64,000 nt of DNA from Candidatus Poribacteria bacterium (GTDB lineage Bacteria; Poribacteria; WGA-4E; PCPOR2b). The stretch is from positions 4,397,414-4,461,413 of the forward strand of contig OZ252032.1 in NCBI GenBank assembly GCA_965247655.1, in the 5' to 3' direction. Position numbers and translations under genes: made by a program. Below are positions 40,338 to 50,579 of the stretch, in pieces. Under the pieces are notes generated by a model, which saw only the letters and a list, made by a program, of their open reading frames with translations, had not been told where the DNA came from and searched no databases. Position 1 is the stretch's first letter, and every line of letters starts with the position of its first letter.

Positions 40338-42077
40338 CTAATATTTCGGGTTATCGCCGTGCGCTTGCTCGCGAAGGACTGTGGTAGCGGCTTCATCCAC
40401 TGCCAATGTCATCTCGTCAAGGACCACACCATACGCTTCCCGCGCTGCTTCAAGCGAAACCTTGCCGTTCTTGACATCACGCGCCACATCAACCGGTGGA
40501 CGCAGCAGCGGGTCGCCCCATCCCCCGCCACCCGCCTGACGATGATAAATCCGCTCGTCCGCCTCCATCGATGTGGATATCATGGTCTGCAACACCTCTT
40601 CCTCTCCGTCGGTGTGATGGAGGATATTAATCGATCCTCTGCCCGGCTTCCCACCGTAGAGACCGTAGGGAAGGTGGTCTCTCCGATCGGAACGGATGGC
40701 GAGGTGCGCTTCACCGGAAAGTAGTCGCCATTCACGCTCAAGCCCCAGACCGCCGCGGAATTTGCCCGCGCCGCCGCTATCCATAACATATCCGTAGCGT
40801 TCGATGTGCACCGGGTATTCGGATTCCGCCTGCTCAACTGGGATATTGCTGGCAACGTTGGCGGGGTTGCACAGTCCGTCAATCCCATCGCGGTCAGGAC
40901 GCGCTCCCCATGTTCCCGACATCAGTTCGTAGTAGACATACGGCGTACGGTCCTCCCGCTGCCCACCAATTATCACGAGGGAATTGCCCCCTTCGCCGGC
41001 GGCTAAAACTCGGTCTGGCAGTAAGCCTGCTAACGCGCCGAAGATGGTGTCCACCAATCGAAATCCGGTGATGCCGCGCATTGAGGACGCAGCCGGCATA
41101 ACGCCGTGAACCACTGTCCCCGCTGGGGCGATAATTTTTAATGGCTTGAACATGCCCGCTGTATTCGGAATATCCTCCCGTATCACCGAGCGGACGCACA
41201 GCGCAACCACCGACGCAGTAAAGGAGAGAGTATTATTGATGGCACCTCGGACTTGTGGGTTTGTGCCGGTAAAATCAGCGGTAAGGGTATCACCATCTAC
41301 CGTCATCGTTACCGTAAGGCGCACAGGCGGTCCCCCGACACCATCGCTGTCCATGTAGTCTGTGAAGGTATGGCTTTCGTTGGGCCAAGAGGCGATTTCT
41401 GCACGGACAAGCTGCTCGGTATAATCGATGAGTGAATTGGCACAGGTGGTAAAGGTTTCCAATCCATAACGTTGGATTAGTGTGTGCACCGCACGCTCGC
41501 CGATATGACAGGCTGCCAGCTGCGCCCGCAAATCTCCGATAGCCATATGGGGCACCCGAACATTTGCACGGAGCAGCGTGAAAATTGCCTCATCAGGTTC
41601 GCCGGCATGATACAGTTTCAACCAAGGAATACGGAAGCCATCCTGAAAGATTTCGGTATTATCGCAGGCGGAGCTGCCGGGCAAGCGTCCACCCAGATCC
41701 AAGTGGTGGGCGGTGCTGACGGCGAACCCGACGCGCTTATCCTCCCAGAAGATAGGTTTAACGATAAAGATGTCCGGGATGTGCATCCCGCCATCAAAGG
41801 GGTCGTTGAGGATAAAAACATCGCCGGGCTGTATATCCCCCTCAAATTTCTTAAACAGCGTTTCCATCGCGAAGGGAACGGAGCCAAGGTGGAGGGGAAT
41901 GGTTACGCCCTGCGCGATCATCTCGCCGTCAGTGTTACAAAGGGAGGTGGAGTAGTCGAGACAGTCCCGGACGATGGTTGAATAGGCGGTGCGGTATAAT
42001 GCCATAGCCATTTCGTCGGCAGCCGACGCCAAGGCATTTTGCATAATCTCACGCGTAATCGGATCGATTTCAGGCAT
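40338..42077 (-). CDS. Hydantoinase B / oxoprolinase family protein
   Basis: RTAYSTIVRDCLD, NDPFDGGMHIPD, DSGGAGKFRGGLG, GGGGWGDP. Confidence 0.93.
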   Translation of the reverse strand: MPEIDPITREIMQNALASAADEMAMALYRTAYSTIVRDCLDYSTSLCNTDGEMIAQGVTIPLHLGSVPFAMETLFKKFEGDIQPGDVFILNDPFDGGMHIPDIFIVKPIFWEDKRVGFAVSTAHHLDLGGRLPGSSACDNTEIFQDGFRIPWLKLYHAGEPDEAIFTLLRANVRVPHMAIGDLRAQLAACHIGERAVHTLIQRYGLETFTTCANSLIDYTEQLVRAEIASWPNESHTFTDYMDSDGVGGPPVRLTVTMTVDGDTLTADFTGTNPQVRGAINNTLSFTASVVALCVRSVIREDIPNTAGMFKPLKIIAPAGTVVHGVMPAASSMRGITGFRLVDTIFGALAGLLPDRVLAAGEGGNSLVIIGGQREDRTPYVYYELMSGTWGARPDRDGIDGLCNPANVASNIPVEQAESEYPVHIERYGYVMDSGGAGKFRGGLGLEREWRLLSGEAHLAIRSDRRDHLPYGLYGGKPGRGSINILHHTDGEEEVLQTMISTSMEADERIYHRQAGGGGWGDPLLRPPVDVARDVKNGKVSLEAAREAYGVVLDEMTLAVDEAATTVLREQAHGDNPKY

Positions 42078-42107
42078 TCTCAGGCTCCATCAAGGGGAGG
42101 TATAGTT

Positions 42108-43510
42108 TTGACATACTCCCCGCCCTAAAGGACGGGGATTCTTTTGATGTCCTTTAGTGACGTGAATTGTGCTATCAACAAAGTTAGCCACCCGAAGATG
42201 GTCTTACAACTTCTCCTTCAAGGGTTGATGCCCCAACCCGAAAAATGTTAATTGCTGCGTTTCTATCTCTATCATGGGTGGTGCAACAATCAGTACACTG
42301 CCATGTCCTATCACGCAAGTTCAACACTTCATTCACAGTGCCACAAACTGAGCAAGTCTTAGACGAAGGATACCACTTATCAATGAAAGTGATTTTGACA
42401 CCCTTTTTGGAAGCAATATATACCAACTTTTTAACGAAATCGGCAAAACCTAAGTCACTGACCTTGCGTCCCCAAAGGGCTTTCATGCCTGTGAGGTTCA
42501 AATCCTCAAGACGTATTTCGTCGTATAGGTCCGTGAGCTCGTGTGCAAGTTTCCAGTGGAAGTCCTCTCGTTGGTTGCCTATCTTACGATGTTTGCGTGC
42601 TAAATCAAGTCTTGCCCGTTCACGGTTCTTTGACCTTTTCTTGGTTCGTAAATGGTTACGATTGGCACGTTTGATAGCGTTGATACTGCGTTTGAAAAAC
42701 TGTGGCGATTCTATATCATGTCCATTTGACCCGGTGAGATACCTGTTTAGACCAAAATCGAAGCCTGCGATTTTACCCGTCATGACTCGATTGAGGTCAG
42801 GTTCTACATAGTCAGTTAGCACACAGATATAGACATCGCCAATGGCGTCCCGCTTGATAGTGCAACGCTTGGGATTGCCTTCAATATTACGGGACTTAAA
42901 ATACTGATAGACGCACTTGCCAATACGAATCTTGTTACCCGGTAGAAGTTTCCACCCGGCCTGTAGTAATGTAAATGACTTATATTGACGACGTGGCTTG
43001 AAACGAGGCCTGCCCCATTTCTTACCTTTGGTTCTGGCTTCAAACATTGCCTGGTAGCCTTTATCAATTCGGGCTGCTACGTCCTGTATTGCTTGACTCG
43101 GTAGTTCATTCCAATGGGCAAACTTGGGAAGCCTTTTCAGTTTGGATATGTGGTTAATCAACCTAAACTTGCTGATATATTTGCCGTAGATAGCATAGTA
43201 CCGACGCTGAAGGGCTACGCAATGATTCCACACCTGAGCGTGTTCATCTATCGTTTTATGCAGTTCACGATTACCGTGATTAGAATACAACCTAAACTTG
43301 TAGGTTTTCATGGGATTTGTCCTTTGTCCTTCAACCTGTTTCACGAGGAAGCGGGAGACCCTATCGTGCAATAGGGGTGAAACTCTCCCGCGAAGGACAA
43401 AAGAAGCATACCATATTTTACCTACAATTTCAACCGTTTTTAGACGTTAACACAAGGAGCCAATCTGTATCCCCGCCTTGAAAGACGGGGTTTTAGATTG
43501 GAAGATTTTG
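42108..43510 (-). mobile_element. IS200/IS605-family TnpB-only element
   Basis: Subterminal hairpins ccccg..cgggg at ~42117-42137 and ~43470-43490; right end ..GTCAA; TTAT next to the putative left end; no tnpA. Confidence 0.8.
42184..43311 (-). CDS. tnpB: RNA-guided endonuclease TnpB
   Basis: KTYKFRLY, GFDFG (RuvC-I), LEDL (RuvC-II), SSKTCSVCG..CTDC, DRDRNAAINI (RuvC-III). Confidence 0.95.
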   Translation of the reverse strand: MKTYKFRLYSNHGNRELHKTIDEHAQVWNHCVALQRRYYAIYGKYISKFRLINHISKLKRLPKFAHWNELPSQAIQDVAARIDKGYQAMFEARTKGKKWGRPRFKPRRQYKSFTLLQAGWKLLPGNKIRIGKCVYQYFKSRNIEGNPKRCTIKRDAIGDVYICVLTDYVEPDLNRVMTGKIAGFDFGLNRYLTGSNGHDIESPQFFKRSINAIKRANRNHLRTKKRSKNRERARLDLARKHRKIGNQREDFHWKLAHELTDLYDEIRLEDLNLTGMKALWGRKVSDLGFADFVKKLVYIASKKGVKITFIDKWYPSSKTCSVCGTVNEVLNLRDRTWQCTDCCTTHDRDRNAAINIFRVGASTLEGEVVRPSSGG

Positions 43511-43755
43511 ATAACAACAGTTCGGTTCACACTTTACGGCCGCCTTAAATGGTCTTTTTTATAAGGGGAAAGAGGTGGAATGAAAAGGAAGGGTACTACA
43601 GATCTCAGTCGCCAGCCGAGGCACGGCTAAAACAGACGCAAAGCAGTGGAGAGGAAGATCTGTAGACAGTTGTCTTGAACTCTCATCTTCCTCCCTTTTC
43701 GCCAATCTGTTTGTTCATGGTTTTCCCGTACTATTATTTGTTAGTGTTACAACTT

Positions 43756-43860
43756 CTAGCGTGCTTGCTTCAGTGCCAATTTCTTTCTCTTGAGACGGCG
43801 TTTTTGGCGTTGTTGAATCTGTGTTCGTCGCCGTACTTGTCCAACTTTCGATCGTGCCAC
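43756..43860 (-). CDS. 34-aa highly basic small protein (not in the ORF track)
   Basis: AAGGAGGTGA RBS, GTG start, MARSKVGQVRRRTQIQQRQKRRLKRKKLALKQAR. Confidence 0.6.
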   Translation of the reverse strand: MARSKVGQVRRRTQIQQRQKRRLKRKKLALKQAR

Positions 43861-43917
43861 GGAATCACCTCCTTTTAGCGAATTGTTTTAACCTCATAAA
43901 AACTGGCTACTTTTCTT

Positions 43918-44967
43918 TTATGCATCGTCAACTGTTCTTGCTAAATAGAATAGTGCATCATTACACAGGGTCTCGACCTCTGCCATTGCAACATCCAATA
44001 GTTCTTTCGAGGGACATTGCAGCAGCAGCCGATCCGTAGTAAGCGTGATATAACGCTGCCCATCTGTATGGGCGAATTCTACCTGCGAGTCTGTGGTCTG
44101 AACGACCCGATACCCATTTCCGAACTCAATCGTGTTCCGAATTTCCAAACCATCGGCGTTTTTGTATAGTGCTTTAGCCCTCAGCGTTTCCGGTAAGACC
44201 TCCGGAACGGGAGGAGCAATTTCGGGCTTGGTCGTTTGATCTTCTTCTTGTTCAAAGATCAAGACTGGCTCACTTGCCGAATCAACAGTTTCTTCATCTT
44301 CGTCCGAATCTCCCGGTGTTTCCGGTTGATCTTCGGTCTCTGCCGACTGGCTTTCCTCAAACACGTCGGAGAGTACACCTGTGATAGTGTCGGGTGCAGG
44401 TTGAGGGTCTGCCAACATCTCCCTCAGTGTACGGACGCAGATATTGAAGATAAGTGGATGAAACGCGAGAGTCTCTGGATCAGCGCACTCAAAAAGCGAT
44501 CTCGCAACGAATGCTATTTCTGCCTGCTCTCGATTCCCCATTCGTTTGAGGCGCGTTTCGCACGCCTTGAGTGCATACGACACAGTGTTAATAAATTCCA
44601 CGGTAATCAGGTGGCGAAGCACTTCAAAACGGAAGATGTCACTAATGCTTTCAGGACCTTCCTCACCCTCTGGCGTTGCCTCTTCACTACCTTCAACTTC
44701 AGAAGTGAACGAACCTGCTTCAAAGGCTTCCATCGTTTTCTGCCGTAACAGATCTTGATCAAAGGTGATATTTTCAAATTCAGGCTCATCAAGCAACAGC
44801 CTGCTGTTCACAATTTTGTCCTGTAATAGCTCTTCATCGGACTTTGCTGCTTGTAACGCCCGCTGCTTCTGAATAGCCAACTGCTTGCGCTTGGATTTCT
44901 GATTTTGTTGGCGTTTTGCACGTTTACGCGCAATGTTGAGGTGTCGATTCTTCCTTTTTTTCGCCAT
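43918..44967 (-). CDS. Hypothetical protein, basic N-terminus and acidic linkers
   Basis: 349-aa ORF; no family recognised. Confidence 0.7.
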   Translation of the reverse strand: MAKKRKNRHLNIARKRAKRQQNQKSKRKQLAIQKQRALQAAKSDEELLQDKIVNSRLLLDEPEFENITFDQDLLRQKTMEAFEAGSFTSEVEGSEEATPEGEEGPESISDIFRFEVLRHLITVEFINTVSYALKACETRLKRMGNREQAEIAFVARSLFECADPETLAFHPLIFNICVRTLREMLADPQPAPDTITGVLSDVFEESQSAETEDQPETPGDSDEDEETVDSASEPVLIFEQEEDQTTKPEIAPPVPEVLPETLRAKALYKNADGLEIRNTIEFGNGYRVVQTTDSQVEFAHTDGQRYITLTTDRLLLQCPSKELLDVAMAEVETLCNDALFYLARTVDDA

Positions 44968-45266
44968 CTTTGACCCGATTTACGATTGTGGTTGGATGAA
45001 ATCGTTCTGAAGGGAATTCAGATTAGGAAAAGTATACAGAATAAAGTTGGAATTGTCAACTCTGATTGAGGGATATAGGAAGGAGAATAGGGGAACGGAC
45101 TGATCGTCCTTGCTGCTATCTACCTATAAAGGCTCATGCAAAAAGTGTGAAACGTGATGCGTGAAAACCACTTTCATTGGCGCAGTCGGGATAGGAAGCC
45201 CAACCTACGAACTGTTGTGCACATGTCGCCCGCCCCGACCTACGGAGATGGTGCGGTTTGATACGC

Positions 45267-47762
45267 CTAATGTGGAATCCTTAACTGATGCATCCGTCGA
45301 TGGAGGGCTTCCTGTGCCTCAATAAACGGACGTTCAAGGAAAGCCTGATGGTCGTCCTCTCCGTGATGGTGCGTCACTGTGCCCGGACGGTGGTGGCGGG
45401 CAGTTTTGCGGATATATGACAATCCGCCCTCAATTAGTGTCAGCATATAGTTTGCGGTTTCCGAATCAAACATCCACCACTCGTCGCCAACGGCGATATA
45501 GACCGGGGAGGTGTGGGCGATAATGCCACGTCTCCAACCGTCGTGATGCGGAACCGCTTGGGCATAGTTGGGTCCTCCGCAGCGGGCTGCAATCCACGAG
45601 TGCTGATTGACTGGTAGCGTTGTTTTCAGATGCAATCTACGTGCTCCATTATTCTCCGCTGTCGAGGCGACAACCCTCCCCGCCTGAACAATTTCTAACG
45701 TGTGAATGGGGAATATGGACTCCGCAGAGGCTTCAATCTCTACTGTGCCGCCGTTGCCCGGTAGGTTGATTGTACTCCCAATAGGTTGTCCATCAACCGT
45801 CAAGCGAATGATGGGACCGCCGCTGAGGAAAGTGTTTCCAGCGCGGAGATACTTGCACCAGTTATCGTAGTTAAATTCCTGATCGTCGGGGATGTGGACA
45901 TAGGTGCGATACACGCCGACGGGCACGTCACTGGTCATTTTATCTGTTCCACCGACCAGTGGTAGTTTGTAGCCGCAGTTGAGATAACGGTAATACTCGA
46001 TGTGACCGTACATCGCTTCAGTCAGGTACTCGACGGCATCTACACGATTGGTGGCAATTAGGGTTGCCGGTTCACAGTTAGGATTCGGGATGTGGGGCAG
46101 GACAACGGTGCCGCCCTGTGCATGGCAGGCATCTGCCCAATGCGAGAGTGTGGTTTCCATGTTTCCACCGAGTTCTGCTTCGCCGGGACCATCGGAACAC
46201 CACGGACTCACCTGCTCTTTCAAGCCGAGCAGCGTGAGATGCCCAAGCAGATGCTGGCGATTTTCCTGCGTGGCGTAAACGATACTACGACCATCGTCGG
46301 AGACGGTCGGGCGACCAATGAACTCCTCTGTGTTGGTAAAGAGATGCCCCCATTGAGAGAGAAGTAGATTGACGACGTTGAGGTCTTCGCCTCGTGCCTC
46401 TGTGTGGGCACCCTGCGTTGAGAGGAAATGGACGTGGGTGTCGCCGCTGAAGTACCTTTCAGCGTTCATGTTGCACCAACGCTTGAGCCGTAGTGTCAGT
46501 TCGCGTTGGCCCGGTTTAATCTCAACCCTCGTTCGCAACGGCTCATATTCGTAGCCTCTTGCGGCATCAACGATGACCTCGCCGCGCGGAAGCCAGCCTT
46601 GGCATGTTCCGTCAGTGTAAGCGTAAGAGATTTGCCCCAGCCGCACATCTCCGCCAACATCAACATGCCAAGTGCCATTGTTTGAGTTGACGTGTGCGTG
46701 GTGTCCGTGCGGCGCGTAAGGCACGCCTTTTGGGGAACGGAAGTGGATACGGCACGGGATTGGCTGATTGGTTTCATCATCAACCACCTTCGTGTGAACC
46801 CAGTTTCTGCCGGTGTCAACAATTTCGACCTGTACCCGCTCGTTTGGTGCTATCTTCCCCTTCTCCTCTAACTCCCCCCATTTCAACGTGCCTAACGTTT
46901 CGTCGTGATTCTTGACTGTCATTGTCGCCGATGGGGTTGCTGTCACTTCGACATAGGCAGGACTGCTATTATTATTCTGTGTCTCGCCCCAGCCTTTTCG
47001 TTCGTCATCAAGAAATTCGTCCGCTGACTTCTCTGACAGCGGATAGGGATAGGTCGCCACACCGCGGTCAACCTCTACTTCCATGCGGAAAGGCTTCGTG
47101 GCATCTTCCTCCTGCGGCAAGGTAATCAGGACATCGCGGATCGCCTTCCTAGGAATAGGGTCTTCATTGAGGTTCCCCAATGTAAGGGCAGCGAGGATAA
47201 ATGTTGGTCCCTCCGGCACGATTTGCAGGGATTCCAGTGTCTCCGACGGGTTCGGATTTTCCCAGACCCACAGATAGTAGTCCCTAGGTCCTGCTTGCGT
47301 GGCTTCGGTCTGTCGGTTGCCGGCTGCGTTCCAATTCCCTTCGTAGCGTGGATGGAGACCGTCTTGCTGATCTGGCCATGCGAGAAATGGCAACTGCCCC
47401 CAGTCCGGCGGGACGACGGCGATCTCGAAACGTTCTCGTATCGGCACACTGACCGTTTCACCGTTTGCATAGCGGAAAATGTAGCTCGCAATCAAACGCC
47501 CGACGGGATCGCCCTCAAAGATTTTTGATTCGAGCAGCCGATGTGCGACGATGATCCGTTTCGGTGTCGCGTTGAGTGGTATGACAGCCGGCTCCGTGTT
47601 AATCTCGTTGCCGAAACCGAGAAAACAGTTGCCCTCCGCGCCGATCTGGAAAGGTAGTCCATGGAAGGTTTGTTCGCCGATCGCGGGATTAGCATTTTCG
47701 CCGAGAACTCCTGTACTAACGTTGCAGAGTGATGAGAGCTTTAGTGGTTGATAGTCTGGCAT
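45267..47762 (-). CDS. CehA/McbA-family metallohydrolase (PHP-like)
   Basis: SGDTHVH, ENRQHLLGH, YYRYLNCG, GGTDKM, AHTSPVY. Confidence 0.82.
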   Translation of the reverse strand: MPDYQPLKLSSLCNVSTGVLGENANPAIGEQTFHGLPFQIGAEGNCFLGFGNEINTEPAVIPLNATPKRIIVAHRLLESKIFEGDPVGRLIASYIFRYANGETVSVPIRERFEIAVVPPDWGQLPFLAWPDQQDGLHPRYEGNWNAAGNRQTEATQAGPRDYYLWVWENPNPSETLESLQIVPEGPTFILAALTLGNLNEDPIPRKAIRDVLITLPQEEDATKPFRMEVEVDRGVATYPYPLSEKSADEFLDDERKGWGETQNNNSSPAYVEVTATPSATMTVKNHDETLGTLKWGELEEKGKIAPNERVQVEIVDTGRNWVHTKVVDDETNQPIPCRIHFRSPKGVPYAPHGHHAHVNSNNGTWHVDVGGDVRLGQISYAYTDGTCQGWLPRGEVIVDAARGYEYEPLRTRVEIKPGQRELTLRLKRWCNMNAERYFSGDTHVHFLSTQGAHTEARGEDLNVVNLLLSQWGHLFTNTEEFIGRPTVSDDGRSIVYATQENRQHLLGHLTLLGLKEQVSPWCSDGPGEAELGGNMETTLSHWADACHAQGGTVVLPHIPNPNCEPATLIATNRVDAVEYLTEAMYGHIEYYRYLNCGYKLPLVGGTDKMTSDVPVGVYRTYVHIPDDQEFNYDNWCKYLRAGNTFLSGGPIIRLTVDGQPIGSTINLPGNGGTVEIEASAESIFPIHTLEIVQAGRVVASTAENNGARRLHLKTTLPVNQHSWIAARCGGPNYAQAVPHHDGWRRGIIAHTSPVYIAVGDEWWMFDSETANYMLTLIEGGLSYIRKTARHHRPGTVTHHHGEDDHQAFLERPFIEAQEALHRRMHQLRIPH

Positions 47763-47800
47763 CAATTGCTCCTTGAATTGATAGTTGTAATTATTTGTTA

Positions 47801-49168
47801 CTAAAGTTTGTACAATTTTTAGGTGAAAAAAGGCAGAAAAGAGGTTATCCTTTCAGAAATCCATCACAATTTTGAAAGGAGAAGTTAATGCCCCTCATTT
47901 TCTGCCTCGTTGATATTTTAACGCAATTTCGTCCATTATTCAACCGTCAAAACTTCGCCCTGTTTTGTACCTTCATTGTCGGTCTCATCACGCACCGCCA
48001 TCGTGCGACGTTGACGGGCATCTATCAAGCGGTTCGCCCAAAGGTCGGTTACGGTTCATTGGTGAAGTTCCTTTCCCGTGGCAAATGGGACAGCGATGCG
48101 GTTGCTCAACGTCTGATTAAGTTGCTACAAGAGCGGTTTGACAACTGGGTCTACGTTTACGACGAGACCCGAGCGATAAAGACCGGGGAGAAGCAATTTG
48201 GACTCCATTTCTTCAGAAATCATCGCTACCCAAAGCGCAACACCAATCAATCGAAGTTTCACTTCGGTCATCAGTTTGGGGCGTTGGGGTTGCTTTGTAC
48301 CACCGTGACAGAGACGATTCTGTTTCCGGTGTGGGTGAACCTGATATGTCCCAAGACCCATCGGGACAACAGTGGGTCGGTACTGAAGCGGATTTGCTCC
48401 CAAATCCCACCTGGACTGATTATCTTTGACCGGGGATTCAATAGACGGAAAGTGTTTGAAGCCGTCCTTAACGCAGGACATCATCTGTTATGTCGAGCCA
48501 AGTCCAATGCGGTCTTTTATCTGTTACCTACGGTCTGCAAGCGACCCAAACCCGGACGTCCAAAGACATACGGTAAACGCATCCATCTTCGGCATCTGCG
48601 GTATAAAGCTATTGATATTGACAACAAACGGTGTTCAGTCGCATCTAAGGTCGTTCGGACAAAAATGTGTCCCACTCAAGTCCGATTGGTGGTGATGCGA
48701 ACCCGACATAAAAAATCAAAGCCGTTTCGATATTTCTGTGTCTACACCACTGACTTGACACTTGACCTATGTCAGATAGTTCGATACTATCGGCAACGAT
48801 GGTTGATTGAGACCGCTTTTCGGGATACCAAGCAACACTTCGGGTTTGACAAGTACCGAGTCAAATCTCGGAAAAGCATCAATCGATTGGTACAACTCAG
48901 TTTCGTCGCAACTTGCATCACACAATTGATATTCAATGCCACTTCTGCTATGGGTAGTTCCATAACAGTCGATAAGGTATGCAGGGAATTAGGCATTGAC
49001 TGGTATCGACCCACTAAGTTGACACGCGGGTTGATGGTTCAGTATCTATCTGCCTTTATTGAGGGGCGATTATTTTCGGCGACAACCGCCGAGGATACCA
49101 ACTCGCCCGATATTCAACAAACACTTGATAACGCTGCATGAATTGAAATCAAATTGTACTAACTTTAG
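47801..49168 (+). mobile_element. IS701/IS4-like insertion sequence (1368 bp)
   Basis: TIR ctaaagtttgtacaattt / aaattgtactaactttag (17/18); 9-bp TSD tatttgtta at 47792-47800 and 49169-49177. Confidence 0.92.
47888..49141 (+). CDS. DDE transposase
   Basis: YDET, FDRGF, GRPKTYG, YRQRWLIETAFRDTKQ (YREK motif). Confidence 0.92.
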   Translation: MPLIFCLVDILTQFRPLFNRQNFALFCTFIVGLITHRHRATLTGIYQAVRPKVGYGSLVKFLSRGKWDSDAVAQRLIKLLQERFDNWVYVYDETRAIKTGEKQFGLHFFRNHRYPKRNTNQSKFHFGHQFGALGLLCTTVTETILFPVWVNLICPKTHRDNSGSVLKRICSQIPPGLIIFDRGFNRRKVFEAVLNAGHHLLCRAKSNAVFYLLPTVCKRPKPGRPKTYGKRIHLRHLRYKAIDIDNKRCSVASKVVRTKMCPTQVRLVVMRTRHKKSKPFRYFCVYTTDLTLDLCQIVRYYRQRWLIETAFRDTKQHFGFDKYRVKSRKSINRLVQLSFVATCITQLIFNATSAMGSSITVDKVCRELGIDWYRPTKLTRGLMVQYLSAFIEGRLFSATTAEDTNSPDIQQTLDNAA

Positions 49169-49304
49169 TATTTGTTAAGATCTTCGGTTAATCGCTCTAT
49201 ACACACATGAGGTAGTGGAATTTTGAACGGAATTAAATAGCAACTCGCGTTATTATAGCATAATCCCACGCAGATAAAGGCTGATTTTCAACGCTCTGCA
49301 TAAC

Positions 49305-49334
49305 AAAAAAGCCCCATGCACAACGCACAGGGCT
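49305..49334 (-). terminator. Intrinsic terminator
   Basis: Minus strand agccctgtgc-gttgt-gcatggggct-ttttt, downstream of 49382-50503. Confidence 0.65.
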
Positions 49335-49381
49335 GGATTGTTTATACTTACTTACCGAACTTACAAAGGTTGGAAGACTAT

Positions 49382-50503
49382 CTACGCTTGCTTCTTTCCC
49401 TGAATCTGGGGCATGTAGTTTTCTCTGCCCATCTGAGGCTTTTTGTTATCCATCCGCGAACTTTTCGGGAAAAGTCTAAGGCTACGGTCTTCAAGGGGGA
49501 GCCTCACTGGTGTGTGTCCGCGTCGGTGCGATTCCCGCAGCGCAATCGCGATTTCTAGTACCTTGCGCCCATTGTCGCCGCTGCCCCTCGGCTCGATGTT
49601 CTTTTCAAGTGCATCAACGATGGACTGGACGCTCGCAATGTTTCGGTCCCCTGGCCATCTCCAACCTTCCTCATCGTAGCTACCGCTCATTCTGCCGTAA
49701 ACGCTGGTTTCGGGAAACACTCCCTCCACTTTCTTGATCGACCCCCACGTCGGTCGATCGACATCCTCGTCCGCTTTCCACAGGCTGAGAAAACCGTTAT
49801 TACTGCGGAATACACCCCGGCTGCATGAGACCTCAAATCCATTTCCCCTCGCATCGGTTTCGCGGTGCATGAAGGCTTCAATACCGTTCGTGAAACGCAG
49901 ATAACCCGCTACGCCTTGGTCATGATCGCTCTCCGGGTCGTCGGCGACCCAGCCAATCACCCATGCGACATCGGCATCCCCGGCAAACAAACGCATCAGA
50001 CTAAAAAGCTGACAACCACCGCCTGACATCTCTGTGCCGCTCCCGCCTGTGAAGTTGATGCTTTTGACCTCACCAAACTCACCTGACTCAATGATTTCAA
50101 GGGCTTTCCAGTACTGTGGCAGATTGCGGTCTAGGTCACCAGCCCCCAACTTGATTCCTCGCGATTGGCAGGATCCCACCATCCGATCCGCATCTACAAG
50201 CGTTGCCGCAATGGGCTTTTCGCAAAGGATTGCCCGTACACCCGCTTCAGCACACCCAATGACAACCTCCGGGTTTGGCCTAACCGGTAGGATAGGCGCA
50301 GCAATGTCAATTTGTTCCTTCTCAAGCATCTCTCGATAGTCGCTGTACCCTGGGACGCCGTAGTATTCACAGTACAACGCCAAGTTCTCAGAATCGGTAT
50401 CAGCGAATGCGACGACTTCGGTCAAGGGGTTGAGTGCATACGCCCGCGCGTGCTGTCCACCCTTCCTTCCACAACCGATGACTCCGACTCGATATTTAGC
50501 CAT
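49382..50503 (-). CDS. Gfo/Idh/MocA oxidoreductase
   Basis: VGVIGCGRKG, ILCEKPIA. Confidence 0.9.
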   Translation of the reverse strand: MAKYRVGVIGCGRKGGQHARAYALNPLTEVVAFADTDSENLALYCEYYGVPGYSDYREMLEKEQIDIAAPILPVRPNPEVVIGCAEAGVRAILCEKPIAATLVDADRMVGSCQSRGIKLGAGDLDRNLPQYWKALEIIESGEFGEVKSINFTGGSGTEMSGGGCQLFSLMRLFAGDADVAWVIGWVADDPESDHDQGVAGYLRFTNGIEAFMHRETDARGNGFEVSCSRGVFRSNNGFLSLWKADEDVDRPTWGSIKKVEGVFPETSVYGRMSGSYDEEGWRWPGDRNIASVQSIVDALEKNIEPRGSGDNGRKVLEIAIALRESHRRGHTPVRLPLEDRSLRLFPKSSRMDNKKPQMGRENYMPQIQGKKQA

Positions 50504-50579
50504 TTAAGTTTTTCCTTGTCTGACGTAGTCGGCTAACTCTATATCGAAACTAGCAGTTTAGTATCGCAAACTTAAGTTC

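Noticed and set aside
43630-43650. gacgcaaagc resembling a c-di-GMP-I riboswitch core
   Set aside because: No GGCAAAC..GAAA stem upstream, and it is antisense to the flanking genes
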